A DNA stretch of 63,184 nt, the filler included, from Trichomonas gallinae (lineage: Eukaryota): assembly GCA_008369845.1 (NCBI GenBank). It is 5 parts of 5 records of this genome, joined end to end, with 100 filler letters (N's around TTAATTAATTAA, not from the genome) between each part and the next. Parts side by side here need not be neighbours in the genome. Positions count along the whole stretch, not along the records: positions 28,496 to 54,453 come from MRSU01000452.1; 4 more parts are not named here. One strand, written 5' to 3'. The position numbers and the translations under genes are program-made. The notes under the pieces were generated by a model that worked only from the letters and a program-made list of their open reading frames with translations, was not told the origin of the DNA and searched no databases. Shown piece by piece: positions 31,716-41,987 of this stretch (positions are counted from its first letter, which is position 1; each line of letters begins with the position of its first letter).

Positions 31716-33737
31716 TTAATTCTTCTCACTGATTGTTAATTCACTTTCATTTTCATTGTAGCTGACAACAAAAACAGGTGAAAGCAAAGAAACTAGGTGC
31801 GATCCATCATCATTAGGAGTTCGCCTCCTATACACAAGAGGTTTATCAAGAAGCGACTTGTAGCAGATCTTTCTATTGTAAAGCTCAATGAGTACATTGG
31901 TGAACTTTTCAACTGGCTCGAAGCTATCGAGCAAATCTATGAGGTAGTTGGAAATAATTGCTTGATCTGATGGCGAAAACTTGATTGATTTTGGCGTAGA
32001 AATCAAATCAACGATGTCAAATCTTCCAGTATCAAGCGCATACATCAGTGGAGTCATCTTCTTGTACCTTGACTTGAGGTCGATATTTGGATCTCCTTGG
32101 AGTAGTATCTCAACAATTTTTGCTGAATTTTCCTGATTCGTTGCTGTTAATGCAGCAAACATGGAAGTGACGCCGCTTGTTGTTTTCCTGCGTAAGTCAA
32201 TGCCAGGAACAGTCAACAGGAATTTCACGCATTCGACGTGGCCGCCATCAATTGCAACGAATAAAGGTGACATAAGTTTGTCTTTAATTTCCCATGTGTT
32301 GAAATCGGCTGATCTAGAGTTCCCGAGTTCCATCAGGCATTTCACGTTCCCATTGCATGCGGCGATCCATGCCGGAGTCTTTCGCAATAAGGCAACTTTC
32401 GCGGCGTCAGCGTTTTTGTTGACGAGCAATTTTACAATTTGATGGAAATCATATTCGCATGCTGTGAAAATTGGCGTGCGTTTGAGAACATCCTGCAGAT
32501 CGATTACTATGCTTGGTGACTCAAGGATTATCTCCACCAGTGTCCTGTGTCCGCACTCGCAGGCTGCAACGAGAATGTCGCGTTTCAAAGAGTTGTATGA
32601 AATTTGGGCTCTTTTGTCCAGCAGATCTTTCAAAGCGCGGAAATTCCCTGACTCGCCGCAGTATTCGAGGCAGGTGTTGGCAATTGTCTTGTGCTGGTTC
32701 GGGAGAACTTTCGTCTGAAAGATGTATTCTAAAACGACTTCATTGAAGTATCTTGCAGCGAATTTTGCACAGCAGTCCAAATTCGGAGTTTTGAAATTCA
32801 ATTCTAGAGGATTTAGAATTTCCATCAAATCTATCCCTCCACCACGTATTGCGCAATGTAATGTGAGAAAATCATTCGTTTCTGGTTTGATATTCAGATT
32901 TAATAAAAGTTTAACAATGTTAACTGCATTAAATAAGCATGCGAATGATAAATAGTTGAGTTGGCCGAATTCTGATGCAATAGGGTGAAGCAGGAGAGGC
33001 GAAATATAACCTGTTGGATCAAATGTTTTTAATTCTAGTCTAGAGTTGAATTTATCAATATCATCTGTCATTATTACGCTTTCTATTGAGTTTTCTAGGG
33101 CATATTTTTCTAATAATTCATCCCAATATTCTTTATATTTTGTATGATATTCATACATGTCTCTTAAGTACTGAGGATCAGTAGTGTCGTCTGTTATGTC
33201 TGAAAGTAATGGTGCGCCGTCCAAAGATCCGAATTCTGGGAAGAAATATCTCATATATTTGAAAAGAATTTTGTTTTTGGAGGATTGTGCGTAAATATCT
33301 GAGAGTTCAACTAAATTTCGGAGGTATAAAGTGCGTAAAAATAGTATAAATGCGCAAGAATGAGGTTTCAGAATATCTGGCTTTGACTGACATGGAAGAA
33401 TTGATTTGAATATGAATTTGCATGTCTTTTTAACAACATTTGCAAGATGATTATTTTCTGGATCCGAATATTTTTGAAGATCATCTAATAATTGACAATA
33501 AAGACTGAATTTTTGTGGATTAATATATGTAGAAGTAACAACATAGTCAACTAAGCTGTGGAGGTTTTCTTTTTTGATATAAACACTTTTTAAAATGGAT
33601 TCTAAATCGTTTTCATAAGAACTTTCAGTGAGATTTAATATCATGTGTTGAAGGTTCATCTCCATGTTCAATCTTAAGACGGTCTCAGGTGAAAAGTGCT
33701 GCTCAACGCTGAAGGCGCCGGTTGGATGCCTGCCCAT
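31716..33737 (-). CDS. Ankyrin-repeat protein (trichomonad helical N-domain plus ANK)
   Basis: ANK motifs TPIFTACE, TPAWIAACNGN, SPLFVAIDGGH, TPLMYAL; upstream DDIDKF...LSFACLFNAVNIVKLLL segment. Confidence 0.85.
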   Translation of the reverse strand: MGRHPTGAFSVEQHFSPETVLRLNMEMNLQHMILNLTESSYENDLESILKSVYIKKENLHSLVDYVVTSTYINPQKFSLYCQLLDDLQKYSDPENNHLANVVKKTCKFIFKSILPCQSKPDILKPHSCAFILFLRTLYLRNLVELSDIYAQSSKNKILFKYMRYFFPEFGSLDGAPLLSDITDDTTDPQYLRDMYEYHTKYKEYWDELLEKYALENSIESVIMTDDIDKFNSRLELKTFDPTGYISPLLLHPIASEFGQLNYLSFACLFNAVNIVKLLLNLNIKPETNDFLTLHCAIRGGGIDLMEILNPLELNFKTPNLDCCAKFAARYFNEVVLEYIFQTKVLPNQHKTIANTCLEYCGESGNFRALKDLLDKRAQISYNSLKRDILVAACECGHRTLVEIILESPSIVIDLQDVLKRTPIFTACEYDFHQIVKLLVNKNADAAKVALLRKTPAWIAACNGNVKCLMELGNSRSADFNTWEIKDKLMSPLFVAIDGGHVECVKFLLTVPGIDLRRKTTSGVTSMFAALTATNQENSAKIVEILLQGDPNIDLKSRYKKMTPLMYALDTGRFDIVDLISTPKSIKFSPSDQAIISNYLIDLLDSFEPVEKFTNVLIELYNRKICYKSLLDKPLVYRRRTPNDDGSHLVSLLSPVFVVSYNENESELTISEKN

Positions 33738-34187
33738 CCCACTTTTTTGTTTTGGCGGGCAATTTTACGTGGCATTTTTGTTAATTACATGTCAAAAATA
33801 TTTATATCATTTTCGTTGATTTTATTTCATGACAAATTCTTGAATATTTGGCTAGATTTTAAAACATTTCCATAAAGTTAAATAGCCCACGAACTATTAT
33901 ATTATTCCAGGGGCTGTAAGAAGTAGTTTTACTATTAATTGAAGACCTTTTCTTGAAGTTCAAATCAATGCTGTATCATTGTTTATTGTGATAATATCTA
34001 TGAATATTGACAAAGATGTATATTTGGAAAAGTGAAACTAAATAAATGTACTCCATTATTTTACAATTACAGACTGAAAAGATACTGAAAGAATTTGTTT
34101 TTTTTTTTTCGAATCATTCTCTTTTTGATAATAAAAAAATCAATGTTAATAAAAAACTTGATTTAGGATAAAATATAATATATTTTC

Positions 34188-37100
34188 TTATTTCGCTGAG
34201 CGGCTCTGACCAGTAATCTCATCGAAGAATGGATAGCTTGATGTCAAAGCGATCCAAAGTGATGACTGCATGAGCTTCGAAATGTTGATGAAGTTCTGCA
34301 ACTGCGGGTTCGTGTTGTGGTTGAAATCAGCGTCATAGTGTGTAAGAATCCTTCCTGTGATAGAGAGAACCTTGTAGAGATCGATCTGCTTTGTTGCAGC
34401 GAGGATGTTAGCTGCGCAAATGAGAACAGATTCACCGTACTTGTTGATGGCATTTCCTGTGTTTGCCTCGAGGATGCAGTAGAGGAACTCGAGGATTGAG
34501 AAGACAGCAGCGAATCCCTTGAGGGACTGGAAGTTTGTAAGATTTGGTGCAGTCTCGTTGAATGTGTCATCGCTCAAGACGATCTTGACGAATTCGAGTG
34601 TTGTAAGATATGTGAACGGTGGGAGAACGTGTGTTGGTTCTGGGATGACTTTGAGTTCAGAGAAGTAGTTGACTGTATCTCTGAATGTTGCATCAAATGA
34701 CTCGAAGATTTCTGGAACTGGAGCAACTTCATCGTTAATTGGAGATCTTGATGTGACATAGCTAGCGAGCATCTTCTCGGAAGTGTACTTCATGTTGAAG
34801 GCGTCGTCCATCATTGTTGAGATGGCGAAGATGATGCCGATTTGCGACATGATCTCGAAGATCTGCGCGATCTTGCCATTGCCCAAGAAGCCGTTATAGG
34901 CGCCGTAGAATCTGTCGTATGCCTGTGGGCATGATGAGCCGAGCGGTGGATCTCTGATTCTTGTGATGTTCTGCTTGAACTCGTTGTAGACTTTTATGAA
35001 TTCCTCCATGATTTCTGGGAGCTCAGAGACAAGCTGCATGTGAAGCATTGTAATGGCACCATTATCGAGATACTTGAACAAGCACCTGAAGCTCTCGATG
35101 GAAACGAATGTCGCTGTTGGCCTCAAAACTCTCTCGAGGACTAACGACTCGTTCTGGTGGAAGAGCTTGTGGAAGTCGATGTTCGGCTGCGAGCGAGGGA
35201 TGAGTCTGAATGGAGTGGTCATAAGGAAGTACTCGCTGAGCAGTGGGCCGGAGATGTACTGAGCCATCTGGACCAAAAGGCTTGACTGAAGTGAGTTTGG
35301 TGTATCCATGGTCATGACGATCCTGAACAAATCTCTGAATGGAGAAATTGGAATGTCGAACGATGCGATCATATTATGTGTGCTTCTGAGCAACTCGATC
35401 ATCCTGTCGAATCCGATCATGACGATTGGACCGTAATCGCTGGCAAGCTTCAAGATGCCTTCCATTGACTCCTTGAAGAGCTCATTCAGTCTGTTAGCGA
35501 TCAAAAGCTTTGTTTCGATCTGGCAGCCAAGAACGAACAACTGGTTCTGCTGAAGCAAGACGCCGAGTCTGACAGCAGGAGCATTTCCTGTTGTCTTCAA
35601 AAGTCTCTCGTGTCTGAGCTCCTTCATGATGTTCTCTGAAAGCGAGGAAATTGTGATGAATTCCCTGATTGGAGAGAATGACTGGTTGGCAATGATACGT
35701 GTGATGGAAACCAAGCAGATTTCAGCTTCAGCCTTGATTTCCTCGTACAAAAGCTTCGACTTCAGCTTGTTGAGAGCCACGTGTGCGGCATCGTCGTAGA
35801 TTGAGAGTGGATAGAAGATGGCGCCTGTCAATTCTGTCTGGTTGTAGTTCTGGAGGGCGAAGTTGGAGAGAATGTATGGGAGACTTGACGAAACTTTGAA
35901 GTAGGAAACTCTGCAGATATCCAACCAGTGCTCCTTGAAGAAGAGTCTGGACTGATCGAACGCGATGTCGAGTGTCTCTGGGAGTCTGATTAATTCTGCG
36001 AAGAATGTTGTCTTGTTGAGGAACTCCTGGAGAACTTCGATTTCGTCTGAGCCGAGGATAGCCTTTCCGAGCAATTTCTTCTTCTTTGTCCAGTGGCTGC
36101 CTGGGTTGATCATGGCAGAAATCTGCGCTCTTGCGAGTTCGAGGAACTGGAGGGAAGGAATTGTCGCTGGATAGTTGAGCTTCTGGGTCTTGACTTTCTT
36201 CGGGATCTTGAGGTCGTCGTCTGATGTGAAGTAGCCGAGGAGTGTACGGATGACCATGAGCTCCTTCTCGATCTCCTTCTTCTTGTTGCAGAGTGAAGCG
36301 ATCTTGTTAACGCAGAAATCTTGGATGTACTCCTGCATGTATGCGGACAACTGCTGTGAGATGACGCCGATGTGCTCCTGCAATACTTCCTTTGTGATTC
36401 TGCATGTCATGATGAGCGGAAGGATTCTCTGAAGGATATCGTAGATACCGTCGTTCATGTTGTATTCGTATTGGTACCTGCTCCATGCCAATTTGTCTCT
36501 TGGGAGCTCTGGCTTGTCCTTCGGGATTGGTGGTGGCTGGAGTCTTCTGTGCTCGATCTTCTCAGCAATCATGCAGATGGCGCATGAAATCTTTCTGAGG
36601 ACAGATGGCATAACTTCGGCTGGGAGACTGTCCTTGGAGACTGACTCCAATGAAAGGAGGTAGGAAACGAATGTGGATGTTTCATCGAAGGCTGCGCGGA
36701 CTTCATCGAGAACATCTTGTTCGGATTTGATCTTTAAAGATGGCGGTGGGGCCTCCTTCATCTCCTTCTTGTTGAATTCAAGGAAGTCCTTAGGGAAGAA
36801 CTGGGAAATTTCTGGGGCAACTTCGTAAATTAAAACAATAGACTTGTGCATCATAGCGATATCACGGCAGAAGAAGCGGACAGATAATGGAATTGGCTTG
36901 AGTATTGGCTTTGCCTTTTTATCCTTTTTAGTCTTTTGCTTAAGCTTATATTCTTCATCGATACGAGCTCTTTCGTATAATTTAACAATGAAGATAATGG
37001 TGGCGATATAAGAGTATCTGGACTCGGCTGTGATATAATTTTCCTTGATAATTTGTTCATGACAGAAATCGTATAATAAATCAAAAACGTATTGAATTTG

Positions 37101-37811
37101 TTCGTATTTAAGCTGCGACATCTTCTCGACGCAAAGGTTGGTAATAGCTCCGAAGTTTTGGAGCCAGGAACGAACAGTAATAACATCTTGCATATAAGTC
37201 GGGTTATTCTGGAACTTTAAAAACATGGAAATATCATCAACAAGCGCTGTCTTGTAGATGATAAGGTTTTCTAAAGCGGTCAATTTGTAGATAAGAGTAC
37301 ATATGCCGTTCAATAATTGATCATTGTAAATTCCTTTCTGCCAATTCTCATCGTTTGCAAATTGGTAGTAAAACCAGTCCGCGACTTGCTCAGATTGAAG
37401 TCTGATTGACTTAAAAATCTCTAAAATTGGATCTGACATTGCTTTTGCAATCGCAGAAACTTCGGGCGTCATAAATACTTTCGGCATTTCATTTGTTCCT
37501 TGTTGCTTTTTGAGATTTTCAATATGAGTCAATAAAGCGTGGCTCATTGATCTTTTGCAGTAGCATGACTTGAGGAAATCATCGATTAAAGAGATGTTAA
37601 TGTCGCATTCACGGATTATTTTAAGAAGTTTTGATCCAGCTAATTCTGTTTTTAACGAAGCCACTCTATCATAGTTTCCTTCCGATGATGGAGTAATAAA
37701 TACGGGTAACGGGACGACACGTGGCGCAGTGTCGACGACAGGGGATTCCTTGATGCTGTTCCAGGTGTCAATCTGCAATTGAGATGGTACATGAAGGTCA
37801 CCCTCTATCAT
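34188..37811 (-). CDS. CYFIP: CYFIP/Sra1/PIR121 (WAVE regulatory complex subunit)
   Basis: QSRLFFKEHWLD...SSLPYILS...IFYPLSIYDDAAHVALNKLKSKLLYEEIKAEAEIC matches the CYFIP core. Likely start MIEGDL at 37811. Confidence 0.85.
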   Translation of the reverse strand: MIEGDLHVPSQLQIDTWNSIKESPVVDTAPRVVPLPVFITPSSEGNYDRVASLKTELAGSKLLKIIRECDINISLIDDFLKSCYCKRSMSHALLTHIENLKKQQGTNEMPKVFMTPEVSAIAKAMSDPILEIFKSIRLQSEQVADWFYYQFANDENWQKGIYNDQLLNGICTLIYKLTALENLIIYKTALVDDISMFLKFQNNPTYMQDVITVRSWLQNFGAITNLCVEKMSQLKYEQIQYVFDLLYDFCHEQIIKENYITAESRYSYIATIIFIVKLYERARIDEEYKLKQKTKKDKKAKPILKPIPLSVRFFCRDIAMMHKSIVLIYEVAPEISQFFPKDFLEFNKKEMKEAPPPSLKIKSEQDVLDEVRAAFDETSTFVSYLLSLESVSKDSLPAEVMPSVLRKISCAICMIAEKIEHRRLQPPPIPKDKPELPRDKLAWSRYQYEYNMNDGIYDILQRILPLIMTCRITKEVLQEHIGVISQQLSAYMQEYIQDFCVNKIASLCNKKKEIEKELMVIRTLLGYFTSDDDLKIPKKVKTQKLNYPATIPSLQFLELARAQISAMINPGSHWTKKKKLLGKAILGSDEIEVLQEFLNKTTFFAELIRLPETLDIAFDQSRLFFKEHWLDICRVSYFKVSSSLPYILSNFALQNYNQTELTGAIFYPLSIYDDAAHVALNKLKSKLLYEEIKAEAEICLVSITRIIANQSFSPIREFITISSLSENIMKELRHERLLKTTGNAPAVRLGVLLQQNQLFVLGCQIETKLLIANRLNELFKESMEGILKLASDYGPIVMIGFDRMIELLRSTHNMIASFDIPISPFRDLFRIVMTMDTPNSLQSSLLVQMAQYISGPLLSEYFLMTTPFRLIPRSQPNIDFHKLFHQNESLVLERVLRPTATFVSIESFRCLFKYLDNGAITMLHMQLVSELPEIMEEFIKVYNEFKQNITRIRDPPLGSSCPQAYDRFYGAYNGFLGNGKIAQIFEIMSQIGIIFAISTMMDDAFNMKYTSEKMLASYVTSRSPINDEVAPVPEIFESFDATFRDTVNYFSELKVIPEPTHVLPPFTYLTTLEFVKIVLSDDTFNETAPNLTNFQSLKGFAAVFSILEFLYCILEANTGNAINKYGESVLICAANILAATKQIDLYKVLSITGRILTHYDADFNHNTNPQLQNFINISKLMQSSLWIALTSSYPFFDEITGQSRSAK

Positions 37812-38394
37812 TGGAAAATATTTTTTTGATAAAATTTTTGCTTCGATGTCTATAAAACCCAAAAAATAAAAATAATTGGAACTCAAAATCGTTTTTCGGA
37901 GAAATTTTAAATTGCCATAAGCAATTTGTAAATATTTTTGCCTCATAGTCATAACATAAACTAAGCTGCCGATGTACATGCTATTTACAATTGCAGAAAG
38001 GTCAAATTGCTTTCCATTTTATTTGCGATAAAATTGTTCATCATGGAAAATCGAGTTTTGAATTAAGAAATAACTTTAAAATCTAATTTCGAGTCGATCC
38101 CATGTTTAGGGACAAACTGTCGATTTTTGAATTGAGTCAAGATATTAGAATTTTTTCGGAAATTATAAAAATAATCTAGCATTTTACCTTGATTTATTAG
38201 TTAAAATCGTTTTCGAAAAAAACAAACTTAGTTTATAATTAATCCTTATTCATTTAAGAATGCAATATTTGAATTTCGTCTATATTTTTATCTTTAATAA
38301 AAATTTTTATCAGTTTTGGGATTCATGGATATAATAATTCAAAATTATTAGTGAGTCCAATAGATATTACTTGCTTTTAATCATTTTTAGCTGA

Positions 38395-39486
38395 ATGTTT
38401 CTATATTTGGTATCATTAAAATCAGTAGTACAAGATATTACTGCTAATGATGTCAATGGATTACATTCAAGGGCTAAAGAAATGAATGTTTTTATGTATC
38501 TTTACTCACAAAAAACGGAATTAAATTCTGAGATTTTTGAAGAAGTTATAAATACAAATAAAGATGATGATATTTATGTTGCAAGACTTGATTGCAGTCA
38601 GAATAATGATATGTGCCAATCACATAGCCATCAATTACCATTATTAACAAAAATATTTCCTGATAAACGATTTGATTTCCGCATACAATCACAAATTCAA
38701 TCACAACAAGCCATAAAAGATTTCATTACAGAGAATTTACGCGACATTTCCAGTCATATTGGTGGAAATTTTAATTCAATTCGATCAAATCCTGTAAATG
38801 GTGGCACTGCATTTCATCTACGAGCAAGTGCATCATCAGATATTCTCAAGTTATACAGAAAAATCTCAAAGCTCTATAATAACCAATTATATCATATAAC
38901 ATTCGCTTTTACGGTATCAAAGAAGAAAATTAAACCGACACTTACAGCATACTACTCTAAATTTTGCGTAAAAGTATTTAAAATCAATGATTTAGATCTT
39001 TTCGAAATAATTTATAATAATCGATTTTCTCATTTCCGCTACTTTGAAAGACAAGAGTTTTTGGATTTAGTCAACAAATCCAGTGGAATGGTTTTTCTAA
39101 TTCCAGATAATAATTTACAAGATGATTTTAAAACAAGAATTCACGAAACCAATAAAATAACATGCGGTAGATTTGCATCGGGATGGACGCGAAGACGTGA
39201 AACACAGTTAGGACGTGATTTTGATGCATTTTCTGAAGAAAGGGCAGATGTTGCTATAGTTAATAGGGAAACTGATGGATTATTCATAGTTTCTATGAGA
39301 ATGGCTATGAATGATTACCTTTATTATGTCAAAGACGCATTAACAAATACTCGAGGTTGGAAATATCCAAAAAATTCAACAAAAGTCATCGAAATACACT
39401 ACAGAAAAGCAGCTATAGTTATATCAATAATAACAACCATCTTCTTTGCCACATTGCTTTATTCTTCATCAACTCATAGTACTTAG
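38395..39486 (+). CDS. Redox-inactive thioredoxin-fold (PDI-like) membrane protein
   Basis: Leader, IYVARLDCSQNNDMC (PDI-type xxDC motif) with no CxxC active site, and a C-terminal TM. Confidence 0.6.
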   Translation: MFLYLVSLKSVVQDITANDVNGLHSRAKEMNVFMYLYSQKTELNSEIFEEVINTNKDDDIYVARLDCSQNNDMCQSHSHQLPLLTKIFPDKRFDFRIQSQIQSQQAIKDFITENLRDISSHIGGNFNSIRSNPVNGGTAFHLRASASSDILKLYRKISKLYNNQLYHITFAFTVSKKKIKPTLTAYYSKFCVKVFKINDLDLFEIIYNNRFSHFRYFERQEFLDLVNKSSGMVFLIPDNNLQDDFKTRIHETNKITCGRFASGWTRRRETQLGRDFDAFSEERADVAIVNRETDGLFIVSMRMAMNDYLYYVKDALTNTRGWKYPKNSTKVIEIHYRKAAIVISIITTIFFATLLYSSSTHST

Positions 39487-39578
39487 ACCAATTTCCTTAT
39501 ATGTTTGTTTGTCAATAAAGTTGTTGTATATTATAGAATACATATCTAGTCATAGTTTTTTTGGTCATGGAAAAGTTA

Positions 39579-39651
39579 TTTACATGTCAAATTCACTTCA
39601 CTTCAAAACTATACATGTCAAGTTTTTGTATTTCAAAACTATACATGTCAA
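39579..39651 (+). promoter_or_regulatory. Triple TACATGTCAA motif at about 30-bp spacing upstream of an Hsp70-like gene
   Basis: TACATGTCAA at 39581, 39612 and 39642; the last two lie in an exact TTCAAAACTATACATGTCAA repeat. Inr-like TCATT at about 39654; ATG at 39678. Confidence 0.6.
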
Positions 39652-39677
39652 AATCATTTAATTTTCCAACACAAAAC

Positions 39678-41459
39678 ATGAAATGTGTTATAGGAATTGA
39701 CTTGGGAACATGCAACTCAACAGCTTCCTATAAGGGTCATAAGGAAATCGAGTTTCTTCAGTTTAATGGCATAAATATCCTTCCTTCTTATGTTTTAATC
39801 CAAAAAGATGAAGATTCAGGAAATCCAACATTCGCAGTTGGCGCAGTAGCAAAAAATGAATTCATCCAAAGCTCTAAAAATGTCGCATACTGCACAAAAA
39901 GATTACTCGCAAAGAAATTCTCAGATCCTTTTGTTCAAGAATTCAAACAAACATGCACAGCAGATCTTGTCGATAAAGATGGTAAAGTTGCTTACCGCAT
40001 TGAAGGCGAAGATTACTTGCCTGAAGTAATTTTAGCTCAAATTCTCTGTGAAATTAAAAATAAATACAAAGCAACAACACGAAATGATGTAGATGGATGT
40101 GTAATTACAGTGCCAGCCCAATTCGGACAACTTGAAAAAGAATGCATTAATAGTGCAGCTGCTATTGCTGATATTAAAGTTTTGAGCATAGTTCATGAGC
40201 CAACGGCAGCTGCAATAGCATATCAAATGCGGCATGAAGTTCAAGAAAATACAAAAATTTTAATCTTTGATCTTGGTGCAGGAACTCTAGATATTTCAGT
40301 TCTTGAATTCAAAGATAAAAATTTCAATGTCCTTGGTGTAGGAGGATGCACGCAATTCGGCGGCTGTGATTTTGATAATTTACTTTTCGATGAAGTCATT
40401 AAACAATACACGAACAAGCATGAAGGCTTCGATATATCGAAAGATCCACGCTCTAAGGCACAACTTCTCCAACTATGTGAACAGGGTAAAATATTTTTCA
40501 ATGATTCGACCGCTCCATTTTCATTCACTTGCAATGCTTTTCAAGATCAATCTATAAAAATCAGGAAAAGACAATTTGAGAACTTAATTCAACCAAAAGT
40601 TGATGAAATTCCAAAATATTTAGATCAATCATTAAGTAAAGCAAATGTCAAGGAAAAGGATATTAATTATGTTATTCCAATAGGTGGAACTACTTGTATA
40701 CCAGTAATCCTTCAAATGCTTAGTGATTACTTTGGAGAAGAAAAAATCGTCCATGACCTTGATGTTTTCCATTCAGTTTCAATTGGCGCTGCATATATTG
40801 CTGAAAACTTAGCTACAGAGAAGAAGCGCTCAGCTGGTATTGTTAATGTCGATGAACAGCAACAGAATGAAATAAAGCCGGTTCTTTATCACGATATTAT
40901 GTCATATAGTATCGGAATTAAGACAAAAGGCGACAAATATTTCAAGTATATGGAAGCCGGACAGTCAGTGAGGAAAGAAATCACTTATGCATTCGAATGC
41001 GATGAAACAAATAAATTAGTTCTCGAAATTTACCAAGGTGAGGACAACTTTTGCGCAAACAATATTTTCATCAATAAAATCACGGTTGAATTAGAGAATA
41101 AAATATCAAACGTTAAGATAACAATGGGCATAGATGAACTAGGAAATGTATACGTCCAAATTGCAGACAAGGATCGTAACCCTCTTACTGACATCAAAAT
41201 CATTGAGCCTGCTTCCAAGTTGTCACAAAAAGATTTAGATAACTACAGACAAATTACAAGAAATAATCAAAGACTTAAGAATTTGGAAAAAACATACAAC
41301 GAAAAATTCTACAATCTGCATAAGATGATAGAAACAATTAAAGCAAACACTTCCGTGTATAACGGATTCATGAACGAGCTTTATGCTGTAGATGATGACA
41401 GGGGCGACTATGAATCCAGAATCCGTAAATTGGATGATATTGAAAAGAGATTTAGATGA
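39678..41459 (+). CDS. Divergent Hsp70/DnaK-family protein
   Basis: GIDLGTCNS, VITVPAQF, HEPTAAA, FDLGAGTLD, FGGCDFD, PIGGTTCIP; eroded substrate-binding domain, short lid, no EEVD. Start MKCVIGID at 39678. Confidence 0.9.
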   Translation: MKCVIGIDLGTCNSTASYKGHKEIEFLQFNGINILPSYVLIQKDEDSGNPTFAVGAVAKNEFIQSSKNVAYCTKRLLAKKFSDPFVQEFKQTCTADLVDKDGKVAYRIEGEDYLPEVILAQILCEIKNKYKATTRNDVDGCVITVPAQFGQLEKECINSAAAIADIKVLSIVHEPTAAAIAYQMRHEVQENTKILIFDLGAGTLDISVLEFKDKNFNVLGVGGCTQFGGCDFDNLLFDEVIKQYTNKHEGFDISKDPRSKAQLLQLCEQGKIFFNDSTAPFSFTCNAFQDQSIKIRKRQFENLIQPKVDEIPKYLDQSLSKANVKEKDINYVIPIGGTTCIPVILQMLSDYFGEEKIVHDLDVFHSVSIGAAYIAENLATEKKRSAGIVNVDEQQQNEIKPVLYHDIMSYSIGIKTKGDKYFKYMEAGQSVRKEITYAFECDETNKLVLEIYQGEDNFCANNIFINKITVELENKISNVKITMGIDELGNVYVQIADKDRNPLTDIKIIEPASKLSQKDLDNYRQITRNNQRLKNLEKTYNEKFYNLHKMIETIKANTSVYNGFMNELYAVDDDRGDYESRIRKLDDIEKRFR

Positions 41460-41987
41460 CTCCAAGTCTTCTCATTAAAAATTATTATTCACTATACTGA
41501 TTAAACATTAAATTCAACATTTTTGAAATTAAATTCTAAATTTTTGAGATTAATTTAGTTTTAATATTTTTTTGCAAATTAATTTATATGTTATCTTAAA
41601 CACTTTATATTACATTTCCAATGTTATCAAAATTGATAATTTTCAAAACTAATATAGATCAAAATATATTTTTTATTTTAGCAATTTTTTTGCTTCAACC
41701 TTTGGTGATATACTCTATAAACATAGAATGACTTATATATAGGTTAACTAAGGAATTGCATTGATATAAATCTGTTTTGATGTTGATTAAAGTCTATTAT
41801 GGTACACCAACATTTAAATGATTTTAGAGGTCAAGATAAATATATTGTGTTATTTTTAGGTATGATATTTTCTTGATATTTGAGTATTTTCTTATAAATT
41901 TTGTATATAGATGTGATATGACATAAGTATGCCATTTCCAGGCCCAAAATCTGATAAAGTAAAAACAGAATCCGTTAGTCTAAAAAG

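Noticed and set aside
34244..37186. Many overlapping short ORFs within CYFIP (similarly within BspA, LDH and the Hsp70s)
   Set aside because: Expected alternative-frame shadows of biased codon usage; no motifs.
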